From contig CAVSKC010000012.1 of assembly GCA_963728425.1 (NCBI GenBank), positions 4,504 through 68,503 of the forward strand: a DNA stretch of 64,000 nt, in the 5' to 3' direction. The stretch is from an uncultured Actinomycetota bacterium. GTDB lineage: Bacteria; Actinomycetota; Actinomycetes; JACCUZ01. Within the stretch, counting starts at the first letter, position 1. Each line of letters begins with the position of its first letter. The position numbers and the translations under genes are program-made. The notes beneath the pieces were generated by a model. That model had not been told where the DNA came from. It searched no databases and was given only the letters and a program-made list of their open reading frames with translations. Below are positions 49,276-59,788 of this stretch, piece by piece.

Positions 49276-50162
49276 CCCTGGGCCAACACCTCGCGCAGCG
49301 CGGCCTCGAAGGTGGGGTGTGCGAACTCGAACCCGGCAGCCTGCAGCCGACGGGGCACGACGCGCTGCCCGCCGAGCAGGTCGGTGGCGAAGTCGCGCAG
49401 CGGCAGCTTCAGCGCCCACCCCGGAGCCGTGAACAGAGTCGGCCGGTGCAGCACCCGTCCCATGGCGGCGGTCATCTCGGCGTTGGTCAGCGGCTCCGGC
49501 GCGCTGATGTTCACCGGGCCGGCCAGGTCGTCGTGGTCCAGCACGAACCGGACCGCTCGCACGTAGTCGTCCAGGGCGACCCACGACCACCACTGCCGCC
49601 CGGAGCCGAGCTTGCCGCCCAGCCCGAGCCGGAACAGCGGGAACAGCCGCCCGTAGGCGCCGCCCTTGGCCGAGAGCACCACCGCGGTGCGGGCCAGCAC
49701 CACCCGTGCACCGCCGGCGGCGGCTGGCTCGGTCGAGGCCTCCCAGGCCGCCGCGATGTCCGCGACGTAGGTCGACCCGCGGGGCGAGTCCTCGTCCAGC
49801 ACCGTGTCGCCCGGGTTGCCGTAGTAGCCGACGCCCGACGCGGAGATGAGGGTCGGCACCCCGTGCTCGGCCACGGCGCGGGCGATCGTGGTGGTGCCCT
49901 GCACCCGGCTGTCCATGACCGCGCGCTTGTGCGCGGGGGTCCACGGCCGGTCGCCCAGCCCGACACCGGCCAGGTGCACGACCGCGGCCGCCCCCTCGAG
50001 CGCGGCCCGGTCGACGGCGCCTGCGGCAGGGTCCCAGCGGGCCTCGTCGGGGGCTCGCGGCTCCCGGCGTACGAGACGAACGACGTCGTACCCGTCGGCG
50101 CGCAGCGATGCGACGAGGGCAGGGCCGAGCAGACCGGACGCGCCGGTGAGGACGACCTTCAC
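49254..50162 (-). CDS. TIGR01777 family NAD-dependent epimerase
   Basis: TGASGLLG, HLAG, SRV..T, GYYG, GSGRQWWSW. Confidence 0.92.
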   Translation of the reverse strand: MKVVLTGASGLLGPALVASLRADGYDVVRLVRREPRAPDEARWDPAAGAVDRAALEGAAAVVHLAGVGLGDRPWTPAHKRAVMDSRVQGTTTIARAVAEHGVPTLISASGVGYYGNPGDTVLDEDSPRGSTYVADIAAAWEASTEPAAAGGARVVLARTAVVLSAKGGAYGRLFPLFRLGLGGKLGSGRQWWSWVALDDYVRAVRFVLDHDDLAGPVNISAPEPLTNAEMTAAMGRVLHRPTLFTAPGWALKLPLRDFATDLLGGQRVVPRRLQAAGFEFAHPTFEAALREVLAQGHPRTTS

Positions 50163-50178
50163 GCCGTCGCGCTTCCGG

Positions 50179-52071
50179 CTAGAGGCCCAGATCGGACTCG
50201 AACGCACCCTCTTCCAGCCGCGCCTTCACCGTGGTGAGGAAGCGGGCCGCGTCCGCACCGTCGACGATGCGGTGGTCGTAGGACAGCGCGAGGTAGCACA
50301 TCGAGCGGATCGCGATCGTCTCGCCGAGCTCCGGGTCGTCGACGACGACCGCGCGCTTGACCACCGCGCCGGTGCCGAGGATGCCGACCTGCGGCTGGTT
50401 GATGATCGGGGTGTCGAACAGCGCGCCCCGGCTGCCGGTGTTGGTGAGCGTGAACGTGCCGCCGCCCAGCTCGTCCGGCGTGATCTTGTTGTTCCGGGTG
50501 CGGGCCGCGAGATCGGCGATCTTGCGGGCCAGGCCGGCGATGTTGAGGTCGCCGGCGTCGCGGACGACGGGGACCAGCAGGCCACGCTCGGTGTCCACCG
50601 CGACGCCCAGGTGCTCGGCCCCGTGATAGGTGATCTCGCCCTTCTCGGTGTCGATGCTCGCGTTGACCACCGGGTGCGCCTTGAGCGCCTCGACGGTGGC
50701 CTTCGCCAGGAACGGCAGGAACGAGAGCTTGACGCCCTCGCGGGCCTCGAAGTCGGCCTTCGCCCGGGTGCGCAGCCGGGCCACCTTGGTCAGGTCGACC
50801 TCGACGACGGTGGTGAGCTGAGCCGACACCTGCAGCGACTCGACCATCCGCGCGGCGATCACCTTGCGCAGCCGCGACATCTTCTCGGTGGTCCCGCGCA
50901 GCGGCGACGGCGCAGCGGTGGTGGCGGGAGCGCCACCGGTGGCGGCCGCGGCCGGCGCCTCGGCGGCGGGTGCAGCCTTCGCGGCCGCGGCGGCCTCGAG
51001 CACGTCCTGCTTACGGATCCGGCCGCCCACGCCGGTGCCGCGCAGGCCGGCCAGGTCGACACCGTGCTCGGTGGCCAGCTTGCGGACCAGCGGGGTCACG
51101 TACGCCGGGTCGCTGCCGCCGCCGTCGGCCTGTTGCGGGGCCGCCTGCTGTGGGGCGGGCGGGGCGGGCGCGGTGGACTGCTGTGTCGCGGGCGCCGCGG
51201 CCGCGGCCGACTGCTGGGCCGCTGGCGCCGACTGCTGGGGTGCCGGTGCCGAGATGAGCGACGGGGCGGGGGCGGCCTGCTGAGGCGCCTGTTCCTGCTG
51301 CTGAGGTGCCTCCTGCTGCTGGGGCGCCTGCTCCGGCTGCGACGAGCCGGAGCCGCCGCCGATCACGGCGAGCTCGGCGCCGACGGCGACGGTCTCGTCC
51401 TCGGCCACCACGATCTTGGTGAGGACGCCCGCGGCGGGCGAGGGGATCTCGGTGTCGACCTTGTCGGTGGAGACCTCGAGCAGCGGCTCGTCGACGGCGA
51501 CCTGGTCGCCCTCCTGCTTGAGCCACCGGGTGACGGTGCCCTCGGTCACGCTCTCGCCGAGCGCCGGCATGGTCACCGAGGTGCCACCACCGGAGGCGTC
51601 ACCCGCGGGCGGCGCCTGCTCCTGCTGCTGCGGGGGCTCCTGCTCCGGCTGCTCGGCCTGCTGGTCCTGCTGAGCAGGCTGCTCTTGCTGCTGCTGCGGC
51701 TGCTCCGCTTGCTGATCCTGCTCGGCCGGCTGCTCGGCTTGCTGGTCCTGCTCGGCCGGCTGCTCGGCTTGCTGGTCCTGCTCGGCCGGCTGCTCCTGCT
51801 GGCCGGAGTCCGCACCGCCGGCAGCTCCCTCGGCCGCGTCGCCGATCACGGCGAGCTCGGCGCCGACGGCGACGGTCTCGTCCTCGGCCACCACGATCTT
51901 GGTGAGGACCCCCGCCGCGGGGGAGGGGATCTCGGTGTCGACCTTGTCGGTGGAGACCTCGAGCAGCGGCTCGTCGACGGCGACCTGGTCGCCCTCCTGC
52001 TTGAGCCATCGGGTGACAGTGCCCTCGCTCACGCTCTCGCCCAGCGCCGGCATCGTGACAGAGGTCGACAT
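50179..52071 (-). CDS. sucB: 2-oxo-acid dehydrogenase E2 (DlaT/SucB) with two lipoyl domains
   Basis: Two [10 protein letters not shown] motifs, E3-binding [10 protein letters not shown], catalytic DHRIVDG. Confidence 0.96.
   Translation of the reverse strand: MSTSVTMPALGESVSEGTVTRWLKQEGDQVAVDEPLLEVSTDKVDTEIPSPAAGVLTKIVVAEDETVAVGAELAVIGDAAEGAAGGADSGQQEQPAEQDQQAEQPAEQDQQAEQPAEQDQQAEQPQQQQEQPAQQDQQAEQPEQEPPQQQEQAPPAGDASGGGTSVTMPALGESVTEGTVTRWLKQEGDQVAVDEPLLEVSTDKVDTEIPSPAAGVLTKIVVAEDETVAVGAELAVIGGGSGSSQPEQAPQQQEAPQQQEQAPQQAAPAPSLISAPAPQQSAPAAQQSAAAAAPATQQSTAPAPPAPQQAAPQQADGGGSDPAYVTPLVRKLATEHGVDLAGLRGTGVGGRIRKQDVLEAAAAAKAAPAAEAPAAAATGGAPATTAAPSPLRGTTEKMSRLRKVIAARMVESLQVSAQLTTVVEVDLTKVARLRTRAKADFEAREGVKLSFLPFLAKATVEALKAHPVVNASIDTEKGEITYHGAEHLGVAVDTERGLLVPVVRDAGDLNIAGLARKIADLAARTRNNKITPDELGGGTFTLTNTGSRGALFDTPIINQPQVGILGTGAVVKRAVVVDDPELGETIAIRSMCYLALSYDHRIVDGADAARFLTTVKARLEEGAFESDLGL
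51660..51800 (-). repeat. 30-bp tandem repeat encoding an [10 protein letters not shown] linker
   Basis: About four near-identical units between the two lipoyl domains. Confidence 0.85.
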
Positions 52072-52133
52072 CTGCTCTCGTTCTCCTTCAGGTCGTCGGC
52101 GGTCGGTCGCGGGTGGTGGGCGCCGCGAGGCGC

Positions 52134-53522
52134 TCAGCCGTGCGCGTGCAGCGGCTTGCCGGCCAGCGCGAGGTGTGCCTCGCCGACCGCCTCGGTCTGG
52201 GTCGGGTGGGCATGGATCAGCTGGGCGACGTCGTCGGGGTAGGCCTCCCAGCCGTAGATCAGCTGCGCCTCGGCGACCAGCTCCCCGACCCGGCTGCCGA
52301 CCATGTGGATGCCCACGACGGGGCCGTCCTTCTGCCGGACCAGCTTGACGAAGCCGGCCGTCTTGAGGATCTGGCTCTTGCCGTTGCCGGCCAGGTCGTA
52401 GGTCACGGTCTCGACGCCGTCGTCGCCGTACTTCTCCTTGGCCCGGGCCTCGGTGATGCCGACCGACGCGACCTCGGGCTCGGAGTAGGTGACCCGGGGG
52501 ACGCCGTCGTAGTCGATCGGGGCGGGGTCGAGCCCGGCCAACCGCTCGGCCACCATGATTCCCTCGCCGAAGCCGACGTGCGCAAGCTGCAGGGTCGGGA
52601 TCAGGTCGCCGACTGCCGAGATGGTCGGCACGCTGGTCTGGCACTGGGCGTCGACCTTGACGAAGCCGCGCTCCATCTCCACGCCGACCTGCTCGTAGCC
52701 GAGCTCCTGGGACACCGGTCCGCGGCCCACGGCGACGAGCAACAGCTCGGCCTCGATCGTCTTGCCGTTCTCCAGCGAGACCTTGACGCCGTTGTCGGTC
52801 TTCTCGACCCCGGCGAACCGCGCCCCGAGCTCGAAGCCGATCTTGCGCTTGCGGAACGCGCGCTCGAGCGCCTTGGACGCCTGCTCGTCCTCGAGGGGCA
52901 CCAGGTGCGGCAGCGCCTCGACGATGGTGACCTCGGCGCCGAACGACCGCCAGACGCTGGCGAACTCGCAGCCGATCACGCCGCCGCCCAGCACGACCAC
53001 GGAGGCCGGGACCGAGTCACGGCGCAGCGCGTGGTCGCTGGACACGATCAGCCGGCCGTCCAGCTCGAGACCCGGCAGGCTCTTGGGTGCGGAGCCGGTG
53101 GCGAGCACGACGTGGCGGCCCTCGTAGCGCTGGCCGTCGACCTCGACGGTCGTCGGGCCGACCAGGCGGCCGATGCCCTCGACGTAGGTGATCTTGCGGC
53201 TCTTCACCAGGCCCTGCAGGCCCTTGTACAGCCGGGCGACAACGCCGTCCTTGTACTCGTTCACCGCGGGCATGTCGATGCCCTCGAAGGTGGTCCGGAC
53301 GCCGAACTGCTCGCTCTCCCGGGACTGGTCGGCCACCTCGGCGGCGTGCAGGAGAGCCTTGGTGGGGATGCAGCCCCGGTGCAGGCAGGTGCCGCCGAGC
53401 TCACCCTTCTCGACCAGCACGACCTGCATGCCGAGCTGGGCGGCGCGCAGCGCGCAGGCGTAGCCGCCGCTGCCTCCGCCGAGGATGACGACGTCGTACA
53501 CGGTGCCGGCGTTGTCCGCCAC
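52134..53522 (-). CDS. lpdA: Dihydrolipoamide dehydrogenase
   Basis: [27 protein letters not shown]. Confidence 0.97.
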   Translation of the reverse strand: MADNAGTVYDVVILGGGSGGYACALRAAQLGMQVVLVEKGELGGTCLHRGCIPTKALLHAAEVADQSRESEQFGVRTTFEGIDMPAVNEYKDGVVARLYKGLQGLVKSRKITYVEGIGRLVGPTTVEVDGQRYEGRHVVLATGSAPKSLPGLELDGRLIVSSDHALRRDSVPASVVVLGGGVIGCEFASVWRSFGAEVTIVEALPHLVPLEDEQASKALERAFRKRKIGFELGARFAGVEKTDNGVKVSLENGKTIEAELLLVAVGRGPVSQELGYEQVGVEMERGFVKVDAQCQTSVPTISAVGDLIPTLQLAHVGFGEGIMVAERLAGLDPAPIDYDGVPRVTYSEPEVASVGITEARAKEKYGDDGVETVTYDLAGNGKSQILKTAGFVKLVRQKDGPVVGIHMVGSRVGELVAEAQLIYGWEAYPDDVAQLIHAHPTQTEAVGEAHLALAGKPLHAHG

Positions 53523-53697
53523 GGAGCACTCCTTGCGGTGAGCAGGGCCGATCGGGGTCTTGTGGACCCGCCTGTCGGCCTCATCCTGTCACCGCGGGCA
53601 CGCCTGCGGGCAAGTGGGTCGGCGACGGGCCGACGGAACTCCAGGCCGGTGCCCTACCGTTGCTCAGCGAAACGGTGAGCGAGGAGTGGAGGGGTCG

Positions 53698-54048
53698 GTG
53701 CGGCTGTTCCGCAAGCGGTCGAAGGCGGGTGTGGTGCGTCAGGCCGACAGCGCCGACACCACGCACCTGACCGCGTTCGCCCAGTCGCACACCGGAGTCG
53801 AGGCGTTCGTGGAGCCACCCACTGCCGTCTCCACCACGACGGTCGTGTTCGTGGCCAACACAGGGGAGTGGACCCGGCGCCGGGTCCGGGACGCGCGGAC
53901 CGCCCACGAGCTGGCGAACCGCCTCGGGGTGCCCTCCTACGACGCCGCCCTGGTCGGCTACCCGCAGCGGATGCGTGACTGGAACGCCCGGGCCAAGGCC
54001 GCCGGCCGCGGCCCCGCCGCCGACCCCACCGGCGACGCCCCCGCCTGA
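53698..54048 (+). CDS. Conserved hypothetical protein
   Basis: GVEAFVEP.T, GEWTRRRV, GYPQRMRDWN; divergent from lpdA. Confidence 0.75.
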   Translation: MRLFRKRSKAGVVRQADSADTTHLTAFAQSHTGVEAFVEPPTAVSTTTVVFVANTGEWTRRRVRDARTAHELANRLGVPSYDAALVGYPQRMRDWNARAKAAGRGPAADPTGDAPA

Positions 54049-54071
54049 GATCAGCGGCGGCGCCCCCCGAA

Positions 54072-54117
54072 CGACCTGTGGCCCTGCTAGCGAGGTCGCT
54101 AGCAGGGCCACAGGTCG
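54072..54117. terminator. 22-bp perfect inverted repeat between convergent genes
   Basis: CGACCTGTGGCCCTGCTAGCGA-GG-TCGCTAGCAGGGCCACAGGTCG. Confidence 0.75.
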
Positions 54118-54166
54118 GGGGCTCAGGTGCCGGTCCGCGGGCAGGCGCGGCCGGCCACTAGGCCAA

Positions 54167-54853
54167 TCAGTGGGAGTGCTTCCCCTTGCCCCCAGACTTG
54201 CCGTGCACGGCGCTGCGGTGCAGGCCGGACTTGCCGTGGACGGCGCTGCGGTGCAGGCCGGACTTGCCGTGCGTGGTGGTCGTGGTCGGGGCCAGCTGCG
54301 GCGCGGCCTCGGTCGTCGGGGCCGTCGTGGTCGGGGCTACCTTGCCGCAGTCGGAGTGGGCGGCCGCGCTCACCAGGGCGCCGTGGTCGGGCAGGCCGGC
54401 GGTGGCGTGCGCCACGAAGGACACGTAGGCGCCGTGGTTGGTCGCCGCGGCGCAGGCGGCCGGGTCGAACAGGGCGGGCACCTCGGTGGCGGTGGCGGTG
54501 GCCGTCACGACCGGCGCGGTCTCGGTGGCCTCGGTCTCGGTGGCGTCGTCGGCGTCGTCGTCAGCCTCGTCCGCGTCCTCGGTCTCGGTGGCGGTGGCGG
54601 TGGTGGTGACGGTCGTCGTCGGGGTCACCGACTCGTCCTCGCCCTGCGAGTCGGCGGCGCCATTCTCGCCGTTACCGTTCTCGTCGGCGGCGGAGCTCGA
54701 GGTGACGACGGCACTCGTGTCGTCGGTGGGCGTGGAGTCGGCCACGGTGGCCACCGTGGCCATCGCGCCGCCCGCGCTGATCATCGCCGCGGCGACGGCG
54801 ATCGAGGCGACCCGCAGGTTGCGGGCCAGGGCGCTGGCGAGAGAGGTGAGCAC
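54167..54853 (-). CDS. Secreted low-complexity protein with NHGxYVS module and HGKSG repeats
   Basis: GGAGG RBS, signal peptide, acidic Thr-rich linker, C..NHGAYVS..HGALVS..DCGK, HGKSG x3 tail. Confidence 0.75.
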   Translation of the reverse strand: MLTSLASALARNLRVASIAVAAAMISAGGAMATVATVADSTPTDDTSAVVTSSSAADENGNGENGAADSQGEDESVTPTTTVTTTATATETEDADEADDDADDATETEATETAPVVTATATATEVPALFDPAACAAATNHGAYVSFVAHATAGLPDHGALVSAAAHSDCGKVAPTTTAPTTEAAPQLAPTTTTTHGKSGLHRSAVHGKSGLHRSAVHGKSGGKGKHSH

Positions 54854-55051
54854 GGGTGCCTCCGGGCGGCGGTTCGTCGGTATGAGGGCGATGAACAGGT
54901 GCGATGACGGATGACGTGCGGGACCACGCGGTCCCACACCCAGCCCATCGACACCAGTCACCGGCTCGTTACCGGTTGTGACCGCACGGTCACCCGATCG
55001 GACCATCCGATTTGCCCGATCTTTGCCGGGGTCGTCGCGAAGAGGGGCCGG

Positions 55052-56584
55052 TCAGGCCTCGGGGACGTCGCCCGCCGCGAGGTCCTCGGCCAGCCGGACC
55101 AGGGTGCGCACCGCGTGCCCGGTACCGCCCTTGGGGGTGTAGCCGTGCGGCGGCGCGTCGTTGAACGACGGACCCGCGATGTCCAGGTGCGCCCACCGGA
55201 TGCCCTCGCCGACGAACTCCTTGAGGAACAGCCCGGCGGTGAGCATGCCGCCGTACCGGTCGCCCATGTTGGAGATGTCGGCGACCGTCGACTCCATCGC
55301 CGTGCGCAGCTCCACCGGGAGCGGCATCGGCCACATCTGCTCGCCGGCCGAGTCCGCCGCCGCCACGATCGCCGTCCGCAGCGCGGCGTCGTTGGCCATC
55401 ACGGCGGAGGTGCGGGTGCCGAGGGCGACCAGCTGGGCCCCGGTCAACGTCGCCACGTCGAGCAGCAGGTCGGGCTTGTCCTCGCTGGCCCGCACGATGC
55501 CGTCGGCGAGGACCAGCCGGCCCTCGGCGTCGGTGTTCATCACCTCGACCGTCTTGCCGCCGTAGATGGTGATGACGTCGGAGGGCCGCTGGGCCGTGCC
55601 GGACGGCATGTTCTCCGCCATCGGCGCCCAGGCGGTGACGTTGACGTCCAGGCCGAGCCGGGCGATCGCGGTGATCGCGGCGATGATCGCGGCCGCCCCG
55701 CCCATGTCCGACTTCATCCACTCCATCGCGGTCGGCGGCTTGAGCGACAGGCCGCCCGAGTCGAACGTGATGCCCTTGCCGACCAGCGCCAGGTGCGGCT
55801 TGCCGCGGCCCGACGTGTAGCTGAGCTTCACCAGTCGCGGCGGGCGCGACGAGCCCATGCCGACCGCAAGGATGCCGCCGTAGCCGGCCTTCTTCAGCGC
55901 CTTCTCGTCCAGCACCTCGACGGCAACCCCGGCCGCCTTGGCGGCAGCCGCCGCGCGACTGGCAAGCTCGGCGGGGGGCAGGTCGACCGGCGGGATGTTC
56001 ACCCAGTCGCGGGCCAGGTGCACGGCGTCGACCAGCGTGTGGGCGCGTTCGACGGCGGCTTTGTTGGCCCGGTCCCGGGGCGCGTCGGTGACCAGGGTGA
56101 ACGCCTCGACCGGCGGCCGGTTCCGCTCGGTGCTGGTCACCCGGTAGGTGCGGAAGGCGTAGGCACCGAGCAGGGCGCCCTCGGTGACGGCGGCCACCTC
56201 CTCCGGCGTCGAGGCCGGCAGCGCCAGCCCGACCTTCGCGGTGCCGGCCAGGGCGCGCGCGGCGGCACCGGTGGCCCGGCGCAGCACCTCCGGCCCGTAC
56301 GACGGTCGGTCGCGGCCCGCGGCGGCCGCCTTGCCGACGCAGACGGCCACGATGATCGGTGCGGTCGTGGCGCCCAGCGAGGACAGCTTGGAGACCTCGT
56401 TGGGGTTGCCCAGGTTGCCCATCGCCGCGACCGTCTCGGCGATCCGGCCCTTCAGCGCCTTGTCGACCTCCTCGCCGCCCGGCAGGACGACGAAGCCGCC
56501 GCCCTTGACCTTCGCGACGCCCACGACGAGCGCGTCGACCTTGAGGCTGACCGGCTTGCTGGAGCTGAGGCTGACCGTGGCCAC
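55052..56584 (-). CDS. pepA: Leucyl aminopeptidase
   Basis: VGKGITFDSGG, MKSDM, NTDAEGRL, HLDIAG. Confidence 0.96.
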   Translation of the reverse strand: MATVSLSSSKPVSLKVDALVVGVAKVKGGGFVVLPGGEEVDKALKGRIAETVAAMGNLGNPNEVSKLSSLGATTAPIIVAVCVGKAAAAGRDRPSYGPEVLRRATGAAARALAGTAKVGLALPASTPEEVAAVTEGALLGAYAFRTYRVTSTERNRPPVEAFTLVTDAPRDRANKAAVERAHTLVDAVHLARDWVNIPPVDLPPAELASRAAAAAKAAGVAVEVLDEKALKKAGYGGILAVGMGSSRPPRLVKLSYTSGRGKPHLALVGKGITFDSGGLSLKPPTAMEWMKSDMGGAAAIIAAITAIARLGLDVNVTAWAPMAENMPSGTAQRPSDVITIYGGKTVEVMNTDAEGRLVLADGIVRASEDKPDLLLDVATLTGAQLVALGTRTSAVMANDAALRTAIVAAADSAGEQMWPMPLPVELRTAMESTVADISNMGDRYGGMLTAGLFLKEFVGEGIRWAHLDIAGPSFNDAPPHGYTPKGGTGHAVRTLVRLAEDLAAGDVPEA

Positions 56585-56652
56585 GGGTGCTTCCGTCCTG
56601 ATCGGGTTGGCATGTCGACTTGTGACAGACGAGCGATGCTAGCGTCCGCCGG

Positions 56653-57768
56653 GTGACCGACCCGAGCGCCCTCCGCCAGTCCCCGTTGCACCAGCGCCAC
56701 GTCGCGCTCGGAGCCAAGATGGCCGACTTCGGCGGCTGGGAGATGCCGATCGAGTATCCCGGCGGGGGTGTGGTCAAGGAGCACACGGCCGTGCGCGAAG
56801 CGGTCGGCGTCTTCGACGTGAGCCACCTCGGCAAGGCCGTGGTCCGCGGGCCCGGCGCCGCGGCGTACGTGAACGAGGCGTTCACCAACGACCTGGGCCG
56901 GATCACCCACGGGCAGGCGCAGTACACCCTCTGCTGCGACGACGCGACCGGAGGCGTGGTCGACGACCTGATCGCCTACCTGGTGTCGCCGGACGAGGTG
57001 TTCCTCATCCCCAACGCCGCCAACACCGCCGAGGTCGTAAGCCGGTTGGCGGCCGCCGCGCCGGCCGGCCTGGAGGTGCGCGACCTGCACGACCAGCACG
57101 GCGTCATCGCGGTGCAAGGACCGCGCAGCGACGAGACGCTCGACGCGCTGGGCCTCCCCACGGGTCACTCGTACATGTCGTTCCGTGCCGTCGACTGGCG
57201 CGGGCTGGAGGTCGTGGTCTGCCGCACCGGCTACACCGGCGAGCGTGGCTACGAGTTGGTGCCGCGCTGGGACGACACCGTCGCCCTCTGGGACGCGGTG
57301 CTCGAGGCGGGCGAGCCGTTCGGCATCCGGCCGGCCGGGCTGGGCGCGCGGGACACGCTGCGCACCGAGATGGGCTACCCCCTGCACGGCCAGGACCTGT
57401 CGCTGGACATCACGCCGGTGCAGGCGCGCTGCGGCTGGGCGGTCGGGTGGAAGAAGCCCGCGTTCTGGGGGCGGGACGCGCTGCTGGCCGAGAAGGAAGC
57501 CGGCCCGGCCCGGCTGTCCTGGGGCCTCGAGGGGCTGGAGCGGGCCATCCCGCGGGCGCACATGACGGTGACGACCGAGAGCGGCGCACCGGCAGGGGAG
57601 GTCACCAGCGGCACGTTCTCGCCCACCCGCAAGCTCGGGATCGCGCTGGCGCTGCTGGACCCGTCGGTCACCGCCGGGGACGAGGTGCTCGTCGACGTGC
57701 GTGGCCGGCCGGCCCGGTTCCGGGTCGTGAAGCCACCGTTCGTCACGCCGTCGACGAGCGCCTCGTAG
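56653..57768 (+). CDS. gcvT: Glycine cleavage system aminomethyltransferase
   Basis: [39 protein letters not shown]. Confidence 0.97.
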   Translation: MTDPSALRQSPLHQRHVALGAKMADFGGWEMPIEYPGGGVVKEHTAVREAVGVFDVSHLGKAVVRGPGAAAYVNEAFTNDLGRITHGQAQYTLCCDDATGGVVDDLIAYLVSPDEVFLIPNAANTAEVVSRLAAAAPAGLEVRDLHDQHGVIAVQGPRSDETLDALGLPTGHSYMSFRAVDWRGLEVVVCRTGYTGERGYELVPRWDDTVALWDAVLEAGEPFGIRPAGLGARDTLRTEMGYPLHGQDLSLDITPVQARCGWAVGWKKPAFWGRDALLAEKEAGPARLSWGLEGLERAIPRAHMTVTTESGAPAGEVTSGTFSPTRKLGIALALLDPSVTAGDEVLVDVRGRPARFRVVKPPFVTPSTSAS

Positions 57769-57777
57769 CAGCGGGTC

Positions 57778-59766
57778 CTATCGCGTCCGCAGCCCGTAGC
57801 CGAACGGGTAGAGCGGGTCGTAGTCGGCGTCGCCGACGTTGATCGGCTCCTGGGCCAGCGTCCGCGGCCAGGTGACCGGGAGCTTGCCGGTGTAGGGCAC
57901 CTTCCCGAACAGCGGGTCGGCCACGCCAGTCCCCTCGCTGCCGGGCAGCCAGGCGGCGACCAGCGCGTCGACGTGCGACAGCTGGGCCGGGTCGAGGATC
58001 AGTGGCCGGCCGGACACGACGATCACGACGCACCGCGCCGCCTCGGCGCAGACCTTGTCGACGGCCGCGGAGTCGTCCGCGGACAGCTTCATGTCCTTCA
58101 CCGGCCGGAGCACGCCACCGTCGCCCGGGTCGTAGCCCCAGCGCGGGCCGCCGACGTCGCCGAAACCCTCGGAGTACGGCGTCTCGCCGACCACGACCAC
58201 CCCGACGTCGCCGGCCTTGATCGGTGCCGACGCCTTCGGGCTGTAGGTGACCCGGGCTCCGCCCGCATCGCTCTTGATCCCCTCCAGGATCGTGGTGCCG
58301 GGGATCTTGTTGGTCGAGCCGCCCTGCCAGGTGAGCGTCCAGCCGCCGGCCTGGTTGCCGATGTTGTCGGCGTTGCTGCCGGCCACGTAGATGCGTCCCT
58401 GCGACTTGATCGGGAGCGTGCCGCGCTCGTTCTTGAGCAGCACCTGCGACTGCGCCGCGGCCTTGCGGGCCAGGGCGTGGTGCGCGGCGGAGCCGACGTC
58501 GCCAAGGTGGGTGCGGTCGGTGTACGGGTGCTCGAACAGGCCGAGCTCGAACTTCGCGGTGAGGATCCGGCGGACCGCGTCGTCGATCCGCGCCATGCTG
58601 ACCCGGCCGGCGTCGACCTCGGCGGTGAGCATCGTGATGAAGTCCTGGTACGAGTTGGGCTCCATCATCATGTCGATGCCGGCGTTGACTCCCGTGCGCA
58701 CCTTGTACGGCGTCAGGTTGCCGTTGGTCGGGGCGCTCGGGTCGGTGATCTGGTGGATGCCCTCCCAGTCGCTGATGACGAACCCGGGGAAGCCGATCTG
58801 CCCCTTGAGCACGTCAGTGATGAGCTCGTGGTGGGCGTGCATCTTGAGCGGGCCGGCGTTGTCGTCGGTCCAGTCGACGCTGGAGAACGACGGCATGACC
58901 GATCCGACGTGGTGGTCCTGCACCGCAGGCACGTACTGCCGCAGCGCGACGTCCCAGAAGTCCTCGTGGCTGGTCACCGCGATGCCCTGGTCGATCTTGT
59001 AGTCGCCGGTCGCGGTGCCGTACGTCGTGTCACCGTCGCCCGCGTAGTGCTTCGCGGTCGCGAGCACCCGGTCGTTGTGGTCCAGGCTGCCGGGCGGGCC
59101 CTGGTAGCCGTCGATCACCGTCTCCATCTGCTCGACGAGTGCCGGGTCCTCCCCGAACGACTCGTAGGTGCGGCCCCAGCGGTCGTCGCGGGCGGCGCAG
59201 ATGCACGGTGAGAAGGTCCACTGTGGCCCGGTGGCCCGCGTCTCCTCCGCGGTGACGTGCCCGATGTCGCGCACCAGGCCCGGGTTGCGGGTGGCGCCGA
59301 GACCGATGTTGTGCGGGAAGACGGTGGCACCGTAGAGGTTCCCGTCGCCGTGCACCGAGTCGATCCCGTAGAGCAGCGGGATGCCCAACCGGGTCTTCAG
59401 CGCGGCGGCCTGGAACCGGTCGACCATGTCGGCCCACGCCTCGGGGGTGTTCGTCGTCGGGGTCGACCCGCCGCCGGACAGGATCGAGCCGAGGCCGTAC
59501 GTCGTGATCGGCGAGGTGTCGGTGAACACCTGGTACCGCTCGGTCTGGGTCATCTGGCCGATCTTCTCGGCCGGGGTCATCCGGCCGAGCAGGTCAGCGA
59601 CCCGCGTCGCGACCGGCAGGCTGGGGTCCTGGTACGGATAGACGGTGTCGGCGGCTGCAGCCGGCGGTGCTTTCGACACGGCGCTCGGTGCCACCAGGCC
59701 GGTGACGACGGCCGCGGCAGCCACCAGGGCGAGCAGCGGACGGCGACGCAAGTTCGGTCGGTTCAC
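57778..59766 (-). CDS. Secreted GH3 beta-glucosidase
   Basis: EKIGQM, DSVHG, RWGRTYES, AKHY, FVISDW, VLLKN, WLPG; signal peptide; AAGGAG RBS. Confidence 0.93.
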   Translation of the reverse strand: MNRPNLRRRPLLALVAAAAVVTGLVAPSAVSKAPPAAAADTVYPYQDPSLPVATRVADLLGRMTPAEKIGQMTQTERYQVFTDTSPITTYGLGSILSGGGSTPTTNTPEAWADMVDRFQAAALKTRLGIPLLYGIDSVHGDGNLYGATVFPHNIGLGATRNPGLVRDIGHVTAEETRATGPQWTFSPCICAARDDRWGRTYESFGEDPALVEQMETVIDGYQGPPGSLDHNDRVLATAKHYAGDGDTTYGTATGDYKIDQGIAVTSHEDFWDVALRQYVPAVQDHHVGSVMPSFSSVDWTDDNAGPLKMHAHHELITDVLKGQIGFPGFVISDWEGIHQITDPSAPTNGNLTPYKVRTGVNAGIDMMMEPNSYQDFITMLTAEVDAGRVSMARIDDAVRRILTAKFELGLFEHPYTDRTHLGDVGSAAHHALARKAAAQSQVLLKNERGTLPIKSQGRIYVAGSNADNIGNQAGGWTLTWQGGSTNKIPGTTILEGIKSDAGGARVTYSPKASAPIKAGDVGVVVVGETPYSEGFGDVGGPRWGYDPGDGGVLRPVKDMKLSADDSAAVDKVCAEAARCVVIVVSGRPLILDPAQLSHVDALVAAWLPGSEGTGVADPLFGKVPYTGKLPVTWPRTLAQEPINVGDADYDPLYPFGYGLRTR

Positions 59767-59788
59767 GGCAGTGCTCCTTGCTGGTCGG

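Noticed and set aside
51360-52060. Near-identical ~230-bp direct repeat
   Set aside because: Explained by the tandem lipoyl domains of E2.
54860-55050. c-di-GMP riboswitch upstream of the secreted protein
   Set aside because: GGCAAA is present but the GNRA loop/receptor and P2 pattern could not be identified; an Infernal scan would decide.
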